Source of the DNA: a virus
Taxonomy: Duplodnaviria; Caudoviricetes
Virus record (IMG/VR): IMGVR_UViG_3300049141_000098
Span: 128,001 to 192,000 of that record
Reading direction: 5' to 3' (one strand)
DNA length: 64,000 nucleotides
The translations under genes were made by a program, and so were the position numbers. The first letter of the stretch is position 1. Every line of letters begins with the position of its first letter. Under the pieces are notes generated by a model, which had not been told where the DNA came from, did not search any database, and was given only the letters and a program-made list of their open reading frames with translations. Positions 1-6,004 of this stretch are shown in pieces.

Positions 1-2
1 AT

Positions 3-233
3 GGGATCGAGTTCGGACGGTTCGTTGACCAGTGGCGTCGCATGTACGCGGCACGTGGACGGCAATTCGGCGGAGACCGGGAGCTGCGGGACGCGCTGGA
101 GTCCATTCCGCAGTGGACGTGGATGCGAACCCCCGCCTCGCCAACGGTCCAGCGACCTGCTCCGGTCGCGATCCCCGAGGACACCACACAGATGAACCGT
201 TCGGGACTGAGGCAGTTCCTGCCCGCTGACTGA
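3..233 (+). CDS. Hypothetical protein, 5' end outside window
   Basis: Frame open from position 3 (GIEFGRFVDQWRRMY...) to TGA 231-233, followed by a terminator hairpin. Confidence 0.6.
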   Translation, partial: GIEFGRFVDQWRRMYAARGRQFGGDRELRDALESIPQWTWMRTPASPTVQRPAPVAIPEDTTQMNRSGLRQFLPAD

Positions 234-249
234 GCGGCTGGGCGTTCAC

Positions 250-284
250 GAAACCCCCTGGAGGGTTGCTCCCCAGGGGGTTTC
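250..284 (+). terminator. Intrinsic terminator hairpin
   Basis: GAAACCCCCTGG / CCAGGGGGTTTC inverted repeat just after a stop codon. Confidence 0.7.
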
Positions 285-299
285 TCCTACCCCTACCTT

Positions 300-380
300 A
301 GATTGTGTCTAAAAGTTGCAACTCCGAGGATCTCGAAAATTGTAATTGTGATCATGGATGTGACTGTGTCAGGATGGTCT
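300..380 (+). promoter_or_regulatory. AT-rich putative promoter of the Phd-antitoxin-toxin unit
   Basis: Locally AT-rich; several TGTG(A/T) words; -10-like CAGGAT at about 370. Confidence 0.35.
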
Positions 381-416
381 TACCCCCGCAAAGGGGGCTC
401 GGGAAGGGGAAGATCA

Positions 417-2177
417 ATGAATGCACAGCCTGAGACGATGGCCCTGACGGCCTTCCGCAGTGAACTCACCGACGTCATCGGACGGCTCGATGAAACAGGC
501 CCAGTACGGCTGAAGAACCACGGCAGCGTCGTCGCCGAGATCCGCTCGGCCACCCCAGAGGGCGACCGGCGGTACGCCGCAGGCATCCTGGAGGCGTTCT
601 TCTACCTCGAAGAGAAGTGCAGTACCGGGCTCACCGGAAATCTGGTCAATGTCGGCGTCGACACGCTGGAGGCGCTGATCGAGCTGGCGAGCCGTCACAA
701 GGCGCTCATGGAAACCGGCGTCACCTTCGACCCCTATCCGGAGCACACTCTCCCTGAGAGCGGACCCCTGACGGTCGACGAAGCCCTGGCACGCCTCTAC
801 TTCGGCGACAACTATCCGGACGCCACCGATGATCCGTACGCCTGGTTCGAGACCTGCACCATCCTCCAGGCTGAAGCCGCACACCGGGGTTTGGACGCCG
901 AGCTGCCCTACCCCAACGCCTACGACGAGGACGAGCCCACCTTCGTCGAGCTGGCTATCTCCTCAGGTCACACCCCGCAGAGTCTGCTTCAGTTCGGGGT
1001 AAACGCCCTCGATCAGGGCGTACCCCTGAAAAGCCTGGCGGACCTCCTCGGCGAGAACGCCGTCCCTGCGGACGTCGTCTCCATGAAGGGCTATGACGAG
1101 TACTGGTTCACCCGGCTGACCGAGGCGGGGTTGCCTCACGGTGAGGCCGTGTCCCTTTACCGGGCCGGACGGAGTGGCGAAGTCGGTGACGCAATCGTTC
1201 TGGCCAGTGCTGGAATCCGCGCAGCCAAGGAGATCGAAGAGCTGCTCGACTCCAAGATCAACCTGTCGCTGGTGACCCGTGCTCACAGTGACGGCCTGAC
1301 CCCCGAGCAGTGGCGCGAGCGAGTCCCGCTGATTCAACATCTCAAGTACGAGAAGAGTGGGAATCTGCCCTTCGGTCTTCTCGTCGAGGCCGTCGAGGAG
1401 AAGGTGTCACTGGTTCGCTGGGACAAGAGCAATCTGCCCATCGAAGGGGAGAACTCGCGACGCTCCTTCCACGCAGACAGCAGTGAACGGCAGAAGATGT
1501 ACCCATGGGTGCACGTCTACCCCGATGGCGTCCTCGACCTCGCCCGTGCTGGTATCTCCCCCTCATTCATCATCGCTTTCGGTAAGCTGATGCGGCACCA
1601 CTTCAGCGACACCAGCTCCTCGGAAGAGTTCATCGCCAGCGCGATCGAAGCTCACGCCAAGGGCCTGACCGCTGACATGGCGAACGCCATGTCCCGCCTG
1701 GAGTCCAAGCAGCCGAAGTTCACTCCGGATCAGCTTGCTTCCGTCCTGAAGGAGGGCCTGTCCAGCACGGGTCAGGCGCATCACCTGGCCGACTGCTACG
1801 CCGACCCGGAGCAGTGGATCAAGGATCTGCGCGCCCGGCGCGAAGGGCAGTTGATGACGGACGCCTTCGTTGCCACGATGGAGCACACCGAGGCCTGGCA
1901 GGTCGTCAAGGATGCGGCCTGGGAGATGAAGGGCCTCATCAAGGCACGGGCGTTTAACGGAGGGGTCTACCTGAAGGAGATCGTCGAGAAGTTCACAGCC
2001 GGTGATCCTCTCAACGACTACGAACTGATGATTCTTCTCAGCCGCGCCGCGCACGCCTTCGGTGATCTCAGCTACCTGCCGAGGAGGTGGCGTGACAAGC
2101 ACGAGGGGCAGGCGGATGCCGTCCGCCAGCTCGCCAAGAGCTTCGACAAGGCCCACCGTCCCGTCGTGGGCAACTGA
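417..2177 (+). CDS. 586-aa protein: N-terminal Phd/YefM-like DNA-binding domain fused to a helical repeat region
   Basis: RBS GGGAAGGGGAAG before ATG 417; ETMALTAFRSELTDVIGRLDETGPVRLKNHGSVVAEI fits the Phd/YefM N-terminal pattern; about 8 x-x-G-(L/I/V/H)-(T/S/P) helical units downstream. Confidence 0.65.
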   Translation: MNAQPETMALTAFRSELTDVIGRLDETGPVRLKNHGSVVAEIRSATPEGDRRYAAGILEAFFYLEEKCSTGLTGNLVNVGVDTLEALIELASRHKALMETGVTFDPYPEHTLPESGPLTVDEALARLYFGDNYPDATDDPYAWFETCTILQAEAAHRGLDAELPYPNAYDEDEPTFVELAISSGHTPQSLLQFGVNALDQGVPLKSLADLLGENAVPADVVSMKGYDEYWFTRLTEAGLPHGEAVSLYRAGRSGEVGDAIVLASAGIRAAKEIEELLDSKINLSLVTRAHSDGLTPEQWRERVPLIQHLKYEKSGNLPFGLLVEAVEEKVSLVRWDKSNLPIEGENSRRSFHADSSERQKMYPWVHVYPDGVLDLARAGISPSFIIAFGKLMRHHFSDTSSSEEFIASAIEAHAKGLTADMANAMSRLESKQPKFTPDQLASVLKEGLSSTGQAHHLADCYADPEQWIKDLRARREGQLMTDAFVATMEHTEAWQVVKDAAWEMKGLIKARAFNGGVYLKEIVEKFTAGDPLNDYELMILLSRAAHAFGDLSYLPRRWRDKHEGQADAVRQLAKSFDKAHRPVVGN

Positions 2178-2204
2178 GGAACCCTCAAGGAAAGGGGAAG
2201 GACA

Positions 2205-2423
2205 GTGAAGTTCTCGAAGAAGGTCGCCCTCGGGGTTGCTCTGGCGGCCGGTGCCGCGTGGGCTGTGTATCGAGCGAAGGTTCGCGCTGATCAGGCCTGG
2301 TTCCGGACGCCGGAGTGGCAGGCCGGTGAGCGCGAGGCCGACCAGGAGCTGAAGGACGGCAAGGGTGTGATCTTCGACAGTCCGGAGGACATGTTCACGG
2401 TGGTGGATCGTGCCGACATTTGA
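2205..2423 (+). CDS. Antitoxin-like protein with N-terminal hydrophobic helix
   Basis: RBS GAAAGGGGAAGG; DQAWFRTPEWQAGEREADQELKDG matches the C-terminal motif of AbrB/MazE-type antitoxins; overlaps next gene by 14 nt. Confidence 0.7.
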   Translation: MKFSKKVALGVALAAGAAWAVYRAKVRADQAWFRTPEWQAGEREADQELKDGKGVIFDSPEDMFTVVDRADI

Positions 2424-2739
2424 GCAGACTCCGCGCTTCCTTAAGGACCTCAAGCGTCTGGATTCGCAGAGTCTGGAACGCTTCAAGCAGGTTGTTCTGG
2501 AGCAGTTCGTGCCGGACGTCGATGCCGGAACCTTCCGCAAGTCGCTGCGAGTGAAGCAGATGCAGGGCACCCCGAAGGGGCAGGTCGTCTACGAGATGAC
2601 GTGGGCCCACGACGGCCGGGCCACCTTCCAGTATGGCGAGGAGATCAAGGACGGCGTTCCGCATGTCATCTGGCGTCGCGTCGGCACCCACAGCGCGCTC
2701 AACATCGTGCCGGGCAGGATGAGCAAGTTCAGCGGTTGA
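2410..2739 (+). CDS. RelE/YafQ-superfamily toxin (putative ribosome-dependent mRNase)
   Basis: MPTFEQTPRFLKDLKRL...LRVKQMQG...YEMTWAHDGRATFQYG...HVIWRRVGTH, typical of actinobacterial RelE-like toxins. Confidence 0.75.
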   Translation: MPTFEQTPRFLKDLKRLDSQSLERFKQVVLEQFVPDVDAGTFRKSLRVKQMQGTPKGQVVYEMTWAHDGRATFQYGEEIKDGVPHVIWRRVGTHSALNIVPGRMSKFSG

Positions 2740-2895
2740 TCTGGTGTCCTGCGGAACGTGCGCCGCCGAGCATGAGGACGGGCGACGGTTTCACTGGAAT
2801 TTCATTCCTCAAAACTGCTACAGAACAGCAAAGTTCTGCGCTAGAGTTGAAGAGTCAGCCGATGAACCGAGGTTGAGCGGCGAGTCGGCTGACGT

Positions 2896-2971
2896 AGGGG
2901 TGTAGCTCAGTTGGCCAGAGCGCCGGTCTCCAAAACCGGGTCTGTCGCGAGTTCGAATCTCGCCTCCCCTG
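2896..2971 (+). tRNA. trnW: tRNA-Trp (CCA)
   Basis: Cloverleaf; anticodon arm CCGGT-CTCCAAA-ACCGG; T loop TTCGAAT; no encoded CCA end. Confidence 0.92.
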
Positions 2972-3011
2972 CTGATCCCCGGGGTGCCACCCCCGTCTCC
3001 CCGGGGATCGC

Positions 3012-3085
3012 CGGGATGTAGCGCAGCTTGGTAGCGCGTCCGCTTTGGGAGCGGAAGGCCGTGGGTTCAAATCCCGCCATCCCGA
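3012..3085 (+). tRNA. trnP: tRNA-Pro (UGG)
   Basis: Cloverleaf; TCCGC-TTTGGGA-GCGGA; T loop TTCAAAT. Confidence 0.93.
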
Positions 3086-3118
3086 CTGGCGATCAGTAAG
3101 ATCTGGTTGCTCGGCACC

Positions 3119-3214
3119 GTGCACGGCCCGCTAGCGCGGCTCATGTCCCGACATACTGGAAAGAGCGACAGCGCGGGGCAAGCCGTGAAGAGTGTGCGAA
3201 CACGGCGCACCTCT
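3119..3214 (+). ncRNA. Structured spacer RNA of unknown type
   Basis: CACGGC/GCCGTG outer stem with nested GCTC/GAGC and ATGT/ACAT helices, then GAG-GTGCG/CGCAC-CTC hairpin. Confidence 0.3.
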
Positions 3215-3232
3215 CGCCCACAACTGAACAGC

Positions 3233-3359
3233 TCTTCCGTAGTCCAGCGGCCTAAGACAGTGCGGTCGTGGGGATCGAGACCCCAGAGGTTAAAACCTCG
3301 AACCGCTTCGGCGGAATGGCCCCGACGCACTAACGCGGGTTCAAATCCCGTCGGAAGAG
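3233..3359 (+). ncRNA. tRNA-like RNA with a 61-nt three-hairpin insert in place of the anticodon loop
   Basis: Acceptor TCTTCCG/CGGAAGA, D arm, anticodon stem GTGCG/CGCAC, 4-nt variable loop, T arm GCGGG-TTCAAAT-CCCGT. Confidence 0.8.
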
Positions 3360-3367
3360 AATCACAT

Positions 3368-3447
3368 GAGGTCAGTGACGGAATTGGTAGACGTTGGTGA
3401 GGGTGCACGCCAAGCCCCTCGTGCGGGTTCGAACCCCGCCTGATCTC
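3368..3447 (+). ncRNA. Atypical tRNA-like RNA (His-like G-1:C73, distorted anticodon arm)
   Basis: Acceptor AGGTCAG/CTGATCT plus G-1:C73; D arm ACG-GAATTGGTAGA-CGT; T arm GCGGG-TTCGAAC-CCCGC; no regular 7-nt loop with U33. Confidence 0.6.
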
Positions 3448-3450
3448 CTG

Positions 3451-3508
3451 AACCCCGAGGACTCTGTCCTCTTTCTCAGGGCGTCGTCCAAGGGAGTTCT
3501 CGGGGTTT
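3451..3508 (+). terminator. Long hairpin, possible terminator or processing site
   Basis: AACCCCGAG / CTCGGGGTT followed by TT. Confidence 0.4.
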
Positions 3509-3533
3509 TCACATACAGCGAAAGGGGTGGGGT

Positions 3534-3872
3534 ATGGGTGCAGGTCACAACCTTCTGCACATCACGGTGGACAAAGAGGCAGTGCACGAGCGCTTCCCCG
3601 ATCTCGATGCCCGGATCGCCGACCACATCAAGCAGTGGCGCGACTCGGTCGAGCCGGGCACTACGGTCACCATCAACAAGATGATGAACTGCTCCAGCAC
3701 CTGTGGCTGCTCGGCCGACGGCCAGTCGACCAAGTGCACGGGCGCGGGGCACGGCATGCCAGCCGAGATCGTGTTGGGCTTGGTCTTCCCGCCCGATGGA
3801 GGCCCGTGCTCGATCGAGGGTGTGAAGGGCATCGCAGACACCACGCCGAAGCAGATCCAGCGCACCGCGTAA
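3534..3872 (+). CDS. Hypothetical protein (Cys-rich centre)
   Basis: RBS GAAAGGGGTGGGG; 112-aa ORF inside the tRNA cluster. Confidence 0.7.
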   Translation: MGAGHNLLHITVDKEAVHERFPDLDARIADHIKQWRDSVEPGTTVTINKMMNCSSTCGCSADGQSTKCTGAGHGMPAEIVLGLVFPPDGGPCSIEGVKGIADTTPKQIQRTA

Positions 3873-3960
3873 CGAACGGGGATGCCCACGTGGTAGCCCT
3901 GTCATGAGAGTGATCCGTCCGCGATTTCGAGGCAGAGGGCATTCGAATCAAGGAGGGATC

Positions 3961-4128
3961 ATGACGGAGAACAAGCTGCGCCGTACGTGTTCGCACTGCG
4001 GAGTGGTCGGTGAAGTGGGCGTCGACATCTTCTGGATTACGGACCCCTACATTGAGGAGATTGAAGGCGAGGTCGTCAAGCAGTGACTTCACGAGCATTG
4101 TGCAGATGAAATCGCTGACGAGATCTAA
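3961..4128 (+). pseudogene. Small Zn-ribbon-like phage protein interrupted by an in-frame TGA at 4084-4086
   Basis: RBS AAGGAGGG; MTENK...CSHCG...DPYIEEIEGEVVKQ-TGA-LHEHCADEIADEI-TAA in one frame. Confidence 0.6.
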
Positions 4129-4170
4129 AACTCTCCACCGGGAAGGCCGCCCCGGAACATTAGCGGCCAT

Positions 4171-4243
4171 ACCCCCGTAGCTCAGCGGATAGAGCAGACG
4201 CCTTCTAAGCGTCGGGTCGCAGGTTCAAATCCTGTCGGGGGTG
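4171..4243 (+). tRNA. trnR: tRNA-Arg (UCU)
   Basis: Cloverleaf; GACGC-CTTCTAA-GCGTC. Confidence 0.93.
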
Positions 4244-4396
4244 CGACGGTGCACGGCTCGGACTCATACTCCGCCCCGTGTATGGAGGATCAGGTGGCGG
4301 TGGGAGGTCAGCCACTACCCCAGGATCCCCTGACCCCTGGAGGCGAGTGACCTCTCCCTCCGGGGGTTCCGGTAGAACGGAAGGAGAGGAGGAAGC

Positions 4397-4777
4397 GTGG
4401 GGTGCTCTCACAGGAGTGAGGGTTTGAACTTCACTCACCGCGACGTCCCCGAAGCCGTTGCCTACGCCAAGGGGAAGTACTACACGGACGGCGTGAAGCG
4501 ATTCTTGTACTACTGCGCCAGCTTGGAATGCTACGGCCGGGATGACAATATCCATGTCGGCAGGGGCAAGCTCAGCGGTAAACTGAATCGAAGGTTGAAC
4601 GTCGACTTGGTCAACTTCTACACGCACTGGGAAACGTTCGGCACAGGGGGAAAGAAGAGGGATCTCGTGGGACTCCAGACGCGCAGGCGTCGAGCACGAG
4701 TCCTCAAGCAGCTTCCCTATCTGAGGTGGGAAGATGACGGAGGGCCGTCGAGGATAGGGCCGAAACACAGCCCGTAG
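4397..4777 (+). CDS. Hypothetical basic protein
   Basis: RBS AAGGAGAGGAGG before GTG; 126 aa. Confidence 0.5.
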   Translation: MGCSHRSEGLNFTHRDVPEAVAYAKGKYYTDGVKRFLYYCASLECYGRDDNIHVGRGKLSGKLNRRLNVDLVNFYTHWETFGTGGKKRDLVGLQTRRRRARVLKQLPYLRWEDDGGPSRIGPKHSP

Positions 4778-4793
4778 GAAAACTCAATAGCGA

Positions 4794-4866
4794 GCATCCG
4801 TAGCTCAGTTGGTAGAGCGCCTGACTCTTAATCAGGCTGTCGCTGGTTCGAGACCAGCCGGATGCA
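4794..4866 (+). tRNA. trnK: tRNA-Lys (CUU)
   Basis: Cloverleaf; CCTGA-CTCTTAA-TCAGG. Confidence 0.93.
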
Positions 4867-4973
4867 CGGGGTGGTATGCACTGCGGCAGACTTCCCCTGC
4901 AAAAGACAAGATCCGCAATTCCGGTGAGCATCCGGGTTACACCTGCTCAGGGCTGGCATCCCTAACTGCCGTG

Positions 4974-5047
4974 GGGCCTGTAGCTCAGACAGTCAGAGCG
5001 CCGGAGTGAAATCCCGGAGGTCGGTGGTGCGAAACCATCCGGGCCCA
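4974..5047 (+). tRNA. trnF: tRNA-Phe (GAA), somewhat degenerate
   Basis: Cloverleaf with loop GTGAAAT; D loop lacks GG; T loop TGCGAAA. Confidence 0.7.
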
Positions 5048-5050
5048 CAA

Positions 5051-5138
5051 GTCGGACGACGAGCCGCTAACGCTGATCTACTGTGACGGGTGGATCGCAG
5101 GCGAAGGCGGCCCCTGCGGGGAAGCGCCGTCGTCCGGC
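5051..5138 (+). ncRNA. Multi-stem structured RNA of unknown type
   Basis: 11-bp closing stem GTCGGACGACG/CGTCGTCCGGC enclosing GCCGC/GCGGC and GATCTAC/GTGGATC. Confidence 0.45.
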
Positions 5139-5159
5139 TGTCAACAATTCCATATTCAA

Positions 5160-5231
5160 TCCCCGGTAGTTCAACTGGCAGAACACCGGCCTCTGGAGTC
5201 GGGAATCCTGGTTCAAATCCAGGCTGGGGAG
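5160..5231 (+). tRNA. trnQ: tRNA-Gln (CUG)
   Basis: Cloverleaf; CCGGC-CTCTGGA-GTCGG. Confidence 0.92.
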
Positions 5232-5372
5232 CGGCCGGTAGCTCAGGTTCGAATCCTGGATCAGACTGCGGTCTGAGTAGTGTAGGGAAGCACGCCAGCA
5301 AATGGGAGGTCTGGGTTCGAGCCCCAGTCGCGGCTTCGGTCGTGATGGTGTAATTGGCAGCACGCTCATCAA
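5232..5372 (+). pseudogene. Run of tRNA fragments and a degenerate Cys-like tRNA
   Basis: TAGCTCA fused to T arm AGG-TTCGAAT-CCT; second body with CCA-GCAAA-TGG and T arm CTGGG-TTCGAGC-CCCAG; isolated 5' half GGTCGTGATGGTGTAATTGGCAGCAC. Confidence 0.5.
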
Positions 5373-5445
5373 TCCTCGATAGCTCAATTGGCAGAGTACG
5401 GCACTGTTAATGCTGGGGTTACTGGTTCGAGTCCAGTTCGGGGAG
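5373..5445 (+). tRNA. trnN: tRNA-Asn (GUU)
   Basis: Cloverleaf; CGGCA-CTGTTAA-TGCTG. Confidence 0.92.
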
Positions 5446-5540
5446 CGAGGGAGCCTTCAGGCTCACCAGGGTCAAGCGGGCCCCTGACCGTTCGAGTCGG
5501 CAGAAAAGCCCGCCCAGAACCCTTCGGAAAGGGAACGAGA

Positions 5541-5735
5541 ATGGGTGAAAGGCTTGACCGGATCAAGCGGGTTATCAACCCGCCAGTCACTGCCGAGTGG
5601 ATCGACACGGTGGTAACGCAGCGCAGCGAACAGGCCGACGAGATCGAAGAATCGAAGGGCCCGAAGGCGGCGCAGCGGCATCGCGAGAAGACCGGCAGGA
5701 TGGTAGGGAAGATGTTGCGAAGAGGCGTCATCTGA
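5541..5735 (+). CDS. Hypothetical protein
   Basis: RBS GAAAGGGAA before ATG 5541; 64 aa. Confidence 0.65.
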   Translation: MGERLDRIKRVINPPVTAEWIDTVVTQRSEQADEIEESKGPKAAQRHREKTGRMVGKMLRRGVI

Positions 5736-5742
5736 CCGACCC

Positions 5743-5860
5743 GGGCGGGTGCCAGAGCGGCCTATTGGACCGGACGCAATCCGGTTGATCCGTCTGAGCC
5801 TCGGCGTACGGCAACGAGGCTCGTCAGCGGTGATCGTGGGTTCAAATCCCACCCCGTCCA
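5743..5860 (+). ncRNA. tRNA-like RNA with 50-nt variable arm and a shrunken GCA (Cys-like) anticodon loop
   Basis: Acceptor GGGCGGG/CCCGTCC; D arm CCAG/TTGG; CCGGA-CGCAA-TCCGG; long hairpin 5786-5835; T arm GTGGG-TTCAAAT-CCCAC. Confidence 0.8.
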
Positions 5861-5886
5861 CAACGCTTGCGCCCAGGCGGAGCGAT

Positions 5887-5980
5887 ACAGCAGAGCAACA
5901 CGTGCTCGCCGTGTACGACTTGACGCATCTAGGGGACCCTCCTCTCCACTCTGCGAGAGGGTGGGGCCGACGGAAGCTGT
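5887..5980 (+). ncRNA. Possible structured RNA downstream of the tRNA cluster
   Basis: ACAGC/GCTGT closing stem with GAGC/GCTC and CCGT/ACGG inner helices. Confidence 0.25.
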
Positions 5981-6004
5981 GAACCTTCGGAAGGGATGAA
6001 GAGG

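Noticed and set aside
303-416. Longer N-terminus for the Phd-fusion protein
   Set aside because: Region is AT-rich and promoter-like; the RBS and Phd motif point to ATG 417.
3233-3359. tmRNA, group I intron-containing tRNA, or Y/YrlA RNA
   Set aside because: Far too short for tmRNA or a group I intron, no tag ORF or G3:U70, and arms are in normal rather than permuted order.
4084-4086. Selenocysteine codon
   Set aside because: No UCA-anticodon tRNA or sel genes in the window and no evident SECIS hairpin after the UGA.
4867-4970. Additional tRNA (Cys or Val) between Lys and Phe
   Set aside because: CTGCAAA and TTACAC words and hairpins are present, but no acceptor stem or T arm can be assembled.
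5446-5530. Additional tRNA after Asn
   Set aside because: Only a T-loop-like CCG-TTCGAGT-CGG and short hairpins; no cloverleaf.
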